Positions 38,478 to 48,886 of a DNA stretch of 64,000 bases are shown in pieces. Under the pieces are notes generated by a model. It was not told where the DNA came from. It worked only from the letters and a program-made list of their open reading frames with translations, and did not search any database. The stretch spans positions 1-64,000 of the forward strand of contig JBBRLX010000021.1 in NCBI GenBank assembly GCA_038231135.1, given 5' to 3'. The stretch is from Candidatus Eiseniibacteriota bacterium. GTDB lineage: Bacteria; Eisenbacteria; RBG-16-71-46. Within the stretch, counting starts at the first letter, position 1; the number at the start of each line of letters is the position of its first letter. The position numbers were made by a program, and so were the translations under genes.

Positions 38478-41000
38478 ATGATCGGAACGCGGCTCGGACG
38501 ATTTCGCATCGTGGCGAAGCTCGGAGAGGGTGGCATGGCCACCGTCTGGCGGGCGGAAGACGAGCTGCTGGGCCGGACCGTGGCGGTCAAGGTGCTGGCC
38601 GGGCATCTGGCGAACTCGGCGTCGGCACGCCGGCGGTTCCTCGAGGAGGCGAAGAACGCCTCGACCCTCGATCATCCGGGCGTGGTGCCCGTGTTCGACT
38701 TCCAGGAAGATGCCGACGTGGCGTGGATGGCGATGGGGCTCGTCGATGGCGAGACGATCAGCGACATCGCGATACGCGGTCCGTTCGATCATCACGAGGC
38801 CGCGCGCGTCGTGGCGTTGGCCGCGGAAGCCCTGCAGCACGCTCATGACCGTGGCATCGTTCACCGAGACGTCACCGGCCGGAACATCATGGTGAGCCGC
38901 GACGCGCGCGTCCTGGTGCTCGACTTCGGCCTGGCTCGCGCCGCGGGCGCTCAACGCCTCACTTCCACGGGAACGATGCTGGGCACGGTCGCGTACATCG
39001 CGCCCGAGGTGGCACAGGGCAGGCCCGCCACCGAGCGATCCGATGTATACGGTCTCGGCGTGGTGCTGTACGAGACTCTGACCGGTACGCTTCCGTTTCA
39101 GGGTGATCGCCCCGAGGCAATGCTGTACTCCATCGTGCACGAACCCCTGGAACCGCCGACGGTACGCGATCCCTCCATCCCAGTGGCGTTGGAGAAGATC
39201 GTGCTGGATGCCCTGGCGCGCGATCCAGGGACGCGGACCGCGACCCCGTGGCAACTCGCGAGTTCATTGCGGGAATTCGCGTCATTGTCGGCAGGGAGTG
39301 GTCAGGCGGGGACAGTGGAAGTCACCGATCACCCGGCGGACAACGATTCAGTGGAGATTCGCGCCACTCCCCGACTGCCCGATCACATCTATCTCGTCGT
39401 CCTGCCGTTTCGTGTCATTGATTCGAGTGATGACCCGGACGGCGAACGAAGCCTGTTCGCCGGCGGCTGCGCGGAGGTGTTGAGTTCCGCCCTCAGCCAG
39501 CATGCGGGCTTGAGGGTGATCCCACCGTCCATGGTTCCGCATACACAAGCGGGGCCGTCGAGCGTTGCGAAGGAATTGGGCGCCAATCTCGTGCTGCAGG
39601 GCAATGTGCAGCAGGCGGGCGACAAGGTACGTGTGACGTTCGCGGTCCTGCATCCGGCATCGGGGATCCAATTGTCCGGTGGTTCGGTGGACGGCTGGAC
39701 CTTCGACCTGTTCGAGCTCGAAGATCGGCTGGTTGCGAGCGTAATGAACGCCCTGCGCATCGGAACGCTGCCGGATGCGAAATCGCCCCGCAAGGGCCCG
39801 CGGGACCCCGCGGCGCACGAACGCTACCTGCAGGCATTGGGGTACCTGCAGCGCTACGAAGATGAGTCTGCAGTGAACGGGGCGGTCGGGATTCTCGAGC
39901 GACTCACGGAATCTGAACCGGGGTCTGCCACCCTGTTCGCGTCTTTGGGTCGTGCCTATCTTTTCAAGCATCGCCTGACGATGGATCGCGCCTGGCAGGC
40001 AAGGGCGGCCCAGGTGTCCCAACAGGCGTTGGATATCGATTCGGGATCGGCTGATGTGCTGTTGACTCTGGGCGAGATCCATCTCGATTCAGGCAACTCT
40101 GCGCTGGCTTTGAACGACTTCGAACGCGCTTTGGAACTACGACCAACGGCAGATGCATGGATTGGCCTTGCCAGGGCTCGTGCGGCAATGGGTGAGCTCC
40201 AGCTTGCCGAAACTGCATGCGGTAATGCGATTGACCTCTCCCCGTTCTGGTGGGGTGGTTACAACTGGCTCGGCAAGTTTCGCTTCGATCGCGGTCACTA
40301 TTCCGAGGCCATTCGGGCGTGGCGAGAGGTGGCCCGACTCACACCAGACAATCCTCGCGTCTATTATAATATCGGAGCGGCATACGTACAGCTGAATGCT
40401 TACAAGCAGGCCATGGTCGAATGTGAACGGTCCATAGCCTTGCTGCCATCGGCGCGTGCTTTCCGAAATCTTGGCACGGCGCTGTTTGCCGTCGAACGCC
40501 ACGATGAGGCCATCGTGGCGTTTCGCAAGGCGACTGCCCTTCAGCCCGCCGATCCGATGACCTGGGGCAACCTCGGCAGTGCGATCATGAAAATTTCGGG
40601 GTGGACTCCCGAAGCGTGTGAAGCCCTCGAAAGGGCGGTGGCGCTGCAACGCCAACACCTCAGCCTTCACGGAACGGACGCACTCGGCTGGGGTACGCTG
40701 GCGCTCTGGCTTTCGAATCTAATTCGGTACGAGGAGAGCGCCCCTGCAATTGGGCGTGCGCTCGACATCGCTCCGTGGGATGTTCATGTACAGGCGATGG
40801 CGGTTGGCGTATACGCCCGCGTCGACAAGCGACTGGCGATTCACTGGATGCGAGAGGCCATCCGAGGCGGCTACACCCTCGATGCGGTTCATCGGAATCC
40901 GGAATTGGAGCCTCTATACCAGGATCCGGAATTCTTGGATCTCATCCGCAATTTGAAGCAGCGGCCCGAAACTCACCCCGTCGAGGAGGCACCTGAATGA
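38478..41000 (+). CDS. Hanks-type protein kinase with TolB-N-like domain and TPR repeats
   Basis: LGEGGMATVW, VAVK, HRDVTGRN, DFG, GTVAYIAPE, SDVYGLG; VVLPF..AKELGANLVLQGNV; multiple TPRs. Confidence 0.92.
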   Translation: MIGTRLGRFRIVAKLGEGGMATVWRAEDELLGRTVAVKVLAGHLANSASARRRFLEEAKNASTLDHPGVVPVFDFQEDADVAWMAMGLVDGETISDIAIRGPFDHHEAARVVALAAEALQHAHDRGIVHRDVTGRNIMVSRDARVLVLDFGLARAAGAQRLTSTGTMLGTVAYIAPEVAQGRPATERSDVYGLGVVLYETLTGTLPFQGDRPEAMLYSIVHEPLEPPTVRDPSIPVALEKIVLDALARDPGTRTATPWQLASSLREFASLSAGSGQAGTVEVTDHPADNDSVEIRATPRLPDHIYLVVLPFRVIDSSDDPDGERSLFAGGCAEVLSSALSQHAGLRVIPPSMVPHTQAGPSSVAKELGANLVLQGNVQQAGDKVRVTFAVLHPASGIQLSGGSVDGWTFDLFELEDRLVASVMNALRIGTLPDAKSPRKGPRDPAAHERYLQALGYLQRYEDESAVNGAVGILERLTESEPGSATLFASLGRAYLFKHRLTMDRAWQARAAQVSQQALDIDSGSADVLLTLGEIHLDSGNSALALNDFERALELRPTADAWIGLARARAAMGELQLAETACGNAIDLSPFWWGGYNWLGKFRFDRGHYSEAIRAWREVARLTPDNPRVYYNIGAAYVQLNAYKQAMVECERSIALLPSARAFRNLGTALFAVERHDEAIVAFRKATALQPADPMTWGNLGSAIMKISGWTPEACEALERAVALQRQHLSLHGTDALGWGTLALWLSNLIRYEESAPAIGRALDIAPWDVHVQAMAVGVYARVDKRLAIHWMREAIRGGYTLDAVHRNPELEPLYQDPEFLDLIRNLKQRPETHPVEEAPE

Positions 41001-41629
41001 AGCGAATTGTCGGCAAACCTGGTGGGAGCAGGAATGCTACCGGCTCGGCGCGCACGGCCCCGCGTTTGCGGCGACCGACTGCGGCTCGTGAAGGAATGGA
41101 ACCGCGGCGCGTCCCCATTGTACAGAGTGCTTTTCCGGATGGCCGGCCGCGCCCGCCTTGCGGGGACCTGATTCTGGGGATCGCCAAGGATGAAAACTCG
41201 GCGATCGGGGCACACGGGATCAGCACGCCTCGCACCTGGACTCATTACCTCTGCGGGGGGAAGACGGTGCTGTCCACCCTGCACTGGAAAACCTCCATGA
41301 CTCCCATCCACGTTCACGGCATGGATTCACTGATGAGCTCTGCTCGCGATTCGCAGGACCGTGCCTTTGATTGGATCATGTGGGTGTCTTTGGACGTCGA
41401 CTACCACCTGGATTTTGGCCGGGAGTATCCCTTCTCGGATAAGGCGTGGGTTCCGAAACATAATTACGTGATTGTCCTGGCGGGTGAATATGTCTCGCTT
41501 TGTATGCATCCGAAGGCACTCCTTGGGACGGGACCTCGCTACCGATATGTATTCAAAATCCTGGACAAGAACAATCGATCATTTGATAATTACAGAGAAA
41601 ATCCGCCGGTTGTTACTGCGGATGGCTGA
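40997..41629 (+). CDS. Hypothetical protein coupled to the kinase (low GC)
   Basis: ATGA overlap with the kinase stop; SD GAGGAGG; 210 codons open despite AT-richer sequence. Confidence 0.65.
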   Translation: MKRIVGKPGGSRNATGSARTAPRLRRPTAAREGMEPRRVPIVQSAFPDGRPRPPCGDLILGIAKDENSAIGAHGISTPRTWTHYLCGGKTVLSTLHWKTSMTPIHVHGMDSLMSSARDSQDRAFDWIMWVSLDVDYHLDFGREYPFSDKAWVPKHNYVIVLAGEYVSLCMHPKALLGTGPRYRYVFKILDKNNRSFDNYRENPPVVTADG

Positions 41630-41648
41630 TAGCCACCCAGGAGACCCA

Positions 41649-42176
41649 ATGCCCACCATCACCGAACGCCCCGCTCCCACGGAACACATCGAGTACTACG
41701 GCGCGTACATCGCGCTGGTCCCGGAGAACGACGCGATCGCGGCGCTCGAGAGCCAGCGGGACGACACGCTGAAGTTCCTGCGCTCGATTCCCGAGAGCAA
41801 GGGCGATCATCGCTACGCGCCCGGCAAGTGGACGGTCAAGGAAGTGATCGGGCACCTGTGCGACGGCGAGCGCGTGTTCGCGTACCGGGCGCTGCGATTC
41901 GCGCGCAAGGACGACACGCCGCTGCCGGGGTTCGACGAGAACACCTACGTGCCGGCGGGGGCGTTCCACCGCCGCACCGTGGCGGACCTCACAGCCGAGT
42001 ATGCGGCGATTCGCGAGGCCAATCTCGCGATGCTGCGCGGGCTCGAGCCCGAGGCCTGGGTTCGTTCGGGCCCGGCGAACGGCCATTCGATCACGGTCCG
42101 CGCGCTGGCGTTCATCATGGCCGGGCATGGCCGGCATCACGCGGAGATCCTGAAGACGCGCTATCTCGGGGCATAG
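41649..42176 (+). CDS. DinB family protein
   Basis: [43 protein letters not shown]. Confidence 0.9.
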   Translation: MPTITERPAPTEHIEYYGAYIALVPENDAIAALESQRDDTLKFLRSIPESKGDHRYAPGKWTVKEVIGHLCDGERVFAYRALRFARKDDTPLPGFDENTYVPAGAFHRRTVADLTAEYAAIREANLAMLRGLEPEAWVRSGPANGHSITVRALAFIMAGHGRHHAEILKTRYLGA

Positions 42177-42352
42177 GTAGAGGCAGGCGCCCGGAACCCG
42201 AGCCCCCCCGGGATCGCGATGCGGTCCCAATTCCGTCGTCCCGACGCGGCCCTCTGGCAGTCCGGAGGACCGCGCCTTACCATGCGGCGCGACAGGGACC
42301 TGCGCGCCGCGCAGCTGCTCGCGGCATGTACCCACCGAGCCAAGGACGTTCG

Positions 42353-43470
<1,118 letters not shown>

Positions 43471-43474
<4 letters not shown>

Positions 43475-44328
43475 CGGGCGGCGGCTCGGACTTTCCGCTC
43501 CCCGACCTGAGGTTCGTCCCGATCGAGAGCCTGGTCCCCCACGAGCAGCATGACGCGCACCGCATGGAACCGCTGGTGCGCCAGCTCCGCGAGGAAATCC
43601 ATCTCAGGAACCCGCCGGTCGTGGCGCCGCTCGAGGCCGCCGCGGGCGAGCCGCCGCGGTACGTGGTGCTCGACGGTGCCAATCGCTCGAGCGCGGCACG
43701 CGCGGCCGGGTTTCCGCACATGGTGGTGCAGGTGGTGCGCTACGAGCACCCGGACGTTCGGCTGTCGACCTGGTACCACGCGCTCAGCGGCATCCCGCAC
43801 GCCGAACTGGAACAGGCGCTGCACGCGATTCCGGGGCTCGAGATCCGCACCGACGATCGCATCCACGGCCGCGCGCTGCTGGCGCGCCGCGAGGCGCTGG
43901 CGTGCGTGGCGGTCACCGGCAGCACGGTGATGACGCTGCGCGGTGGCCACGATCTGGAATCGCGCAACGAGCTGCTGAACCACGTCGTCGACTTCTACCG
44001 GCGGCGCCGGTTCTACCGGGTCACCGGCGATTCGCTGCCGGTGGCGCGCGAGCGCTACCCCGACGTCACCGCGATCCTCGTGTTCCCGCACTTCGAGCCC
44101 GACGAGATCCTCGAGCTGGCACTGAGCGGCGCACGGCTGCCGGCGGGCATCACGCGCCACCTGATCCGCTGGCGCGCGCTGCGGGTCAACGTGCGCATCG
44201 AGCGGCTGGCCGACACGGTCACGTCGCTCGCCGACAAGAACGCCTGGCTCGCGGACTGGCTCGCCGAGCGGGTGGCCACCCGCCACGTGCGGTTCTACGA
44301 GGAGCCCACCGTGCTGTTCGACGAATGA
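43471..44328 (+). CDS. ParB/Srx-fold protein, SbnI/SerK-like free serine kinase homologue
   Basis: [55 protein letters not shown], collinear with SbnI motifs as I recall them. Confidence 0.75.
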
Positions 44329-45353
44329 ACGCGGTGGTGTTCGACCGCCACGGCGGGCCCGAGGTGCTCGAGGCCCGCGACATGCCGGATCCCGTCTGCG
44401 GCCCGGGCGAGGTGGTCGTCGACGTGCGCGCGTGCGGCATCAATCATCTCGACCTGTGGGTGCGGCGGGGTTTGCCCGGGCTCGAGATCGAGATGCCGCA
44501 CATCCTCGGCAACGACGTCGTCGGGGTGATCTCGGCCCTCGGCCCCGGCGTGACAGCGCCCGTGGTCGGCGACCGGGTGCTGGTGCTGCCGACGCTGTCG
44601 TGCGGCCATTGCGAGTTCTGCCTCGGCGGCGACGATCACCTGTGCCGCCAGTACGACGTCATCGGCCGCCGGCGCAACGGCGGCTATGCCGAGCGGGTCG
44701 CGGTGCCGGCGGTGAACTGCCTGCCCTATCCGGACAACCTGGCCTGGGCGGACGCGGCCGCGATGCCGCTGGTATTCCTCACCGCATGGCACATGCTGGT
44801 GGACCGCGCGCAGCTGCGGGAACCCGAGGACGTGCTGGTGATCGGCGCCGGGAGCGGCGTGGGCAGCGCGGCGATCCAGATCGCGCGGCTGATCGGGGCG
44901 CGGGTGATCGCAACCGCGGGCAGCGCGGCCAAGCTCGACCGCGCGCGGGCGCTGGGCGCCCATGACACCATCGACCACACGACCGAGGACCTGACCGGGC
45001 GCGTGCGCGCGCTCACGAGCGGCCGCGGTGTCGACGTGGTGTTCGAACACGTCGGCGGCCCGGTGTTCGAGCGCGCGCTGGCGGCGCTCGCGCGGAACGG
45101 ACGGCTCGTCACCTGCGGCGCCACCGCCGGCGCCCGCGTCACGCTCGACCTGAATCTCCTGTTCGGACGGCATCTCACGCTGCTCGGTTCATGGATGGGC
45201 CGCCGCGCCAACCTGGTCGCGGTGCTCGAACACATCCGGTCGGGCGCGCTCCGGCCGGTCGTCGATTGCGTGCTGCCGCTCACGGACGCGCGCCGCGCCC
45301 ACGAGCGCATCGAGGCGCGTGAACAATTCGGAAAGGTGGTGCTGGTGCCATGA
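44325..45353 (+). CDS. MDR-superfamily zinc-binding dehydrogenase / quinone oxidoreductase-like
   Basis: GINHLDLW, structural Zn site CGHCEFC..C, GAGSGVG Rossmann motif, GKVVL. Confidence 0.9.
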   Translation: MNAVVFDRHGGPEVLEARDMPDPVCGPGEVVVDVRACGINHLDLWVRRGLPGLEIEMPHILGNDVVGVISALGPGVTAPVVGDRVLVLPTLSCGHCEFCLGGDDHLCRQYDVIGRRRNGGYAERVAVPAVNCLPYPDNLAWADAAAMPLVFLTAWHMLVDRAQLREPEDVLVIGAGSGVGSAAIQIARLIGARVIATAGSAAKLDRARALGAHDTIDHTTEDLTGRVRALTSGRGVDVVFEHVGGPVFERALAALARNGRLVTCGATAGARVTLDLNLLFGRHLTLLGSWMGRRANLVAVLEHIRSGALRPVVDCVLPLTDARRAHERIEAREQFGKVVLVP

Positions 45354-45781
45354 CGCAACCTTCGAAGACCGCGGCGCGAGCCGGGCAGCCCCGGAAGCCC
45401 GCGCGCCGGCGGGGACCGCTCGACTACGAACACATGCGGGAACCGCTGCTGCCGCTCGACTTGTTCCTGCGGCGCCTGGCCCGCAGCGGGGTCAACTGGC
45501 TGATCCTGATCGGCGGCTCGCTGGCAATCGGCATGCTGGGCTACCACGCGTTCGGCCAGCTCGGCTGGGTGGACTCGCTGCTCAACGCGGCGATGATCCT
45601 GACCGGCATGGGGCCGGTGGACCGCATGCCGTCCGACGCGGGAAAGCTGTTCGCGAGCGCGTACGCGCTGTTCAGCGGCGTGATGTTCCTGACCAGCGTG
45701 GGCGTGCTGCTGGCGCCCGCCATCCATAGGTTCCTACACCGGTTCCATCTGCAGATGGACGAGCCGGGCGGCAAGAACTGA
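45350..45781 (+). CDS. Two-TM potassium-channel-like protein (Ion_trans_2-like pore)
   Basis: TM - GWVDSLLNAAMILTGMGPV - GKLFASAYALFSG TM; ATGA overlap. Confidence 0.7.
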   Translation: MTQPSKTAARAGQPRKPARRRGPLDYEHMREPLLPLDLFLRRLARSGVNWLILIGGSLAIGMLGYHAFGQLGWVDSLLNAAMILTGMGPVDRMPSDAGKLFASAYALFSGVMFLTSVGVLLAPAIHRFLHRFHLQMDEPGGKN

Positions 45782-45825
45782 AGAAGTCGCCGCGCCCCGT
45801 GCCGCCGTGGGACGCATCGCAACCA

Positions 45826-47007
45826 TCACATCGGCCGTCGCGTCGCAGCGGGCCCCGGGTCTTCGAAACGCTGGCTCGCAACCCCCAGCGCGGGCTCGGC
45901 TCGAAGCGCGTCGCCACGCAGGAGCTGGAGGCTCGGCGGGTCGACGTCGAAGGCGATCCAGCGCCACGGATCGAACCCGCCGACACCGCGCTCCCGTCGC
46001 GCGTCGAGCTTGGCGAAGCACCGCCCGTCGAGCAGGGACGGCGTGGAGCGGATCGACGCGCCGACGAACCGGGCCGTGGCATGCAGGGTCACCTCGGCGC
46101 ATGCCCCCTGACCATGACCGGTCCACGGCACGAATCGCCGCCGTGGCCCGCCGCCCTCAGGGAACTCCACGGCCAGCGTCGAGATCCCCTGTCCGGTGTC
46201 GACGGCCAGCAGTAGCGCGACCTTTCCGAGCCGCACCCGCAGGGACCGGCGCCATGCGAACGTCAGCGCGCCGGGAACTGCGTGCCTGAGCTGCAGGGGC
46301 GGATCGCGACGGGCTCGATACTCGGGAACCGCGAGCGTGAAACGCTCGGGCGGGTCGACGAACGCCAGCAGCTGCCTCCGGCGCCACGCGTGCTGGGAAA
46401 CGTGGCACCCCACGGCGCGCCGCTTCACGTCGCGCTCAGACGCGGTGAGCGGCAGCGCGACGGTCCCCGTCGCCGCGCGCGCGTGGCCCGCCGGGTGGAT
46501 TCGATAGCCGAATGCGAGCGGCCGGCGCACACAGCGCTCGAGCGCGAGCGCGGCGATCACGGCCGTCGCACCGTGATCCGGGTGCAGGTCGTCGAGCGCG
46601 GGCGCGAGCAGCAGGCCCGGCTCCCACGCCTCGATCTCGTCCGTCACGCGACGCACCACGGCTTCGGGATCCGCAATCAGGCGCTCGGTCACGTGCTGGT
46701 CCGGCAACCCCGCGAAGCTCGTCGCGGCGGGAGCCACGCCGAGCAGCTTGAGAGCCTGGATCGCCTCGAGACGGCGGCGGGCCCCCCAGCGCGCACGGTC
46801 GGGCGCAGTGATGCGCCAGCGGCGCTCCGTGAGCCGCTGCGCCCAGGGATTGTCATCGCCGTCGGTGAGGAACAACACGCGCGACTCGACGCCCATGCTC
46901 GCCGCCCGTTGCAGCAGACCCCCCGTCCCGAGGGTTTCGTCGTCGGGGTGGGGTGCCAGCACGAGCAGCCGCTGTGCGCGGGCCAGATGTCTCTCGAGAT
47001 CGCTCAT
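45826..47007 (-). CDS. PIG-L/LmbE family de-N-acetylase with C-terminal extension
   Basis: LAPHPDDETLGTGG, LTDGD, RRLEA, DLHPDH, HVSQ; ATGA overlap with the upstream gene. Confidence 0.88.
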   Translation of the reverse strand: MSDLERHLARAQRLLVLAPHPDDETLGTGGLLQRAASMGVESRVLFLTDGDDNPWAQRLTERRWRITAPDRARWGARRRLEAIQALKLLGVAPAATSFAGLPDQHVTERLIADPEAVVRRVTDEIEAWEPGLLLAPALDDLHPDHGATAVIAALALERCVRRPLAFGYRIHPAGHARAATGTVALPLTASERDVKRRAVGCHVSQHAWRRRQLLAFVDPPERFTLAVPEYRARRDPPLQLRHAVPGALTFAWRRSLRVRLGKVALLLAVDTGQGISTLAVEFPEGGGPRRRFVPWTGHGQGACAEVTLHATARFVGASIRSTPSLLDGRCFAKLDARRERGVGGFDPWRWIAFDVDPPSLQLLRGDALRAEPALGVASQRFEDPGPAATRRPM

Positions 47008-48752
47008 CGTGCCGCCGGCAGTGCCGCCATTACGGCGCCGCGTCCCACGGCGCCCTCCCATACCGCCACGACATGCGACTCGCCGGGCGCCGGCCGGTAG
47101 TGGTGCCGACCAGTATCCAGCAGCCGCGACTCGCGGTAGGGCGTGCCGTCGAGCACGCCGCGCGCCGCAGCATCGCCATCCAGCAGCGCGAACCGCTCCG
47201 CGTAGCATACGTCGAATGCGAGGGCGGCGCCCGGAGCCCCGGCCACGAGATCGGCCCCGAGGACCCGCAGTTGTCCGACCGGGATGAAGTGCCGGATGAG
47301 GAACTCGCGATCCTGCGGCGGGAATCCCGGATGATCGAGCGCCACGAAGTGCGTATGCGTGCGCCGGATGTCGGCGGCGATCGGGTCCGGCAGGCTGCCG
47401 TTCGCAAACCGCGCCTTGGTGAGCCCTTCGAGCACGTAGTAGCACGGCCGGGGACGGAACACGGTCTCGCCCTTGAGATCCATGACCGGCTCGCCGGGAC
47501 GCGTCATGCGCAGGACGTCCGAGAGCAGCCGGGTCTGATCGCGGCTGTCGTCGTGCCAGGCGGCCTCGGTCCTGCACACCGCGACGAGCTCGAGCATCGC
47601 GATGCCGGCCAGGGCGACGATGCGGCCCCGGGCGATCGCGGCCGGGGGGGCATGGGCGGACACCGGCAACGCGCCGTTCAAGGCTGCGACGCCGGCGAGC
47701 ATCGCCATGGGAATCCACGGCAGGAAGTCCTGCGAGGTGATCAGCGGCCAGTAGCCCTCGAGCAGGGCGAGGTAGAACCCCGCGGTGAGGATCAGCACCA
47801 CGCGCGCGGGGGTCGTCGCGGAATGGCGTCCGCGGGCGAGCAGGATGCGGGCGATCGGAATCAGCAGCAGCAGGCTGAGCGGGAAGAGCAGCAGCCGGTG
47901 CGGGGCGCTCCGCCACAGCCCCACGCCCGGAACGATGTTGTGGCGCACCGTGCACTGCACCAATGCCGCGAGCGCGTGCAGCCGCCAGAACACCGCGGCG
48001 AGGATCGCGGGGATCACGGCGATGCCGGCCACGAGTGCCATGGCGGGACGCGCGACGGCACCGGGGCGCCGCGAAATCCTGAGCCCGCCGCCGACCACCT
48101 CCACCACCAGTACGGCGACCGCCAGCGCCAGCAGCAGCAGCACGGTCTTGAACGAGGTGGCGATCGTGGCGCCCAGCAGCAGGCCGCCCACGAACGCGCG
48201 TCTCGGCGTGAGCGGCGCTCCGAGCAGCGCGAGCAGCGCGCACGCCCACAACGCCATCCACAGCACGTCCGCACGGAATTCCGACGACGTGAGGAGCCAG
48301 GTCGGCACGAGTCCCGTCAGCACCGCGGCCCACTGGCCGGTGCCCCGGGTCCACAGTTGCCGTCCCAGGCGGGCGGTGGCCCACAACGTGACCGCGACGA
48401 GCGGGATCATGAGCAGGCGGGCCAGCGGCAGGATGTCCGGACGCTCACCCGTCAGGGCCAGCCACGGCGCGACCAGCATGTGGAACAGCGGCGCGTGGTT
48501 GTCGAACTGATCCCGATACGGCACGAAGCCGTTGGCCCATCCCCATGCCACGTGCAGGTGCTGGGGTTCGTCCGAATCCGCGCGGTGGTGGAACGCGTAT
48601 AGGACTCGCAGCACGAGCTGCGTGACCACCAGCAGACCGATGGCGGGAACCTCGGGGCGCGACAGGTCGCGCGGACGTTCGCGAATCCCGGATACCGCGG
48701 GCGCGCCCGCAATGACGGCCACGGATGAGGCCCTCTGGTGATTCGAATCCAT
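47004..48752 (-). CDS. Polytopic membrane glycosyltransferase (GT-C, ArnT/PMT-like)
   Basis: DSDEPQHLH..PYRDQFDNHAPLF after TM1; EFRAD; multiple TMs. Start approximate. Confidence 0.75.
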   Translation of the reverse strand: MDSNHQRASSVAVIAGAPAVSGIRERPRDLSRPEVPAIGLLVVTQLVLRVLYAFHHRADSDEPQHLHVAWGWANGFVPYRDQFDNHAPLFHMLVAPWLALTGERPDILPLARLLMIPLVAVTLWATARLGRQLWTRGTGQWAAVLTGLVPTWLLTSSEFRADVLWMALWACALLALLGAPLTPRRAFVGGLLLGATIATSFKTVLLLLALAVAVLVVEVVGGGLRISRRPGAVARPAMALVAGIAVIPAILAAVFWRLHALAALVQCTVRHNIVPGVGLWRSAPHRLLLFPLSLLLLIPIARILLARGRHSATTPARVVLILTAGFYLALLEGYWPLITSQDFLPWIPMAMLAGVAALNGALPVSAHAPPAAIARGRIVALAGIAMLELVAVCRTEAAWHDDSRDQTRLLSDVLRMTRPGEPVMDLKGETVFRPRPCYYVLEGLTKARFANGSLPDPIAADIRRTHTHFVALDHPGFPPQDREFLIRHFIPVGQLRVLGADLVAGAPGAALAFDVCYAERFALLDGDAAARGVLDGTPYRESRLLDTGRHHYRPAPGESHVVAVWEGAVGRGAVMAALPAAR

Positions 48753-48886
48753 CGCGGCGCGGGAATGTTCGACGGCCACCACGGCACCTGGCGGCGCGAA
48801 CCTGACAGCTGTACGGCCACAGGTTGAATGGAAGCTGAACCGGCGGCAAGGCGGGGCGCGGCGGCCGCCTTTGCTATGCTGGCGGC

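Noticed and set aside
42177..42352. GC-rich gap before the DHS-like gene as a possible tRNA or riboswitch
   Set aside because: No cloverleaf, T-loop or recognisable aptamer consensus is visible by eye. An Rfam/Infernal scan would be decisive.
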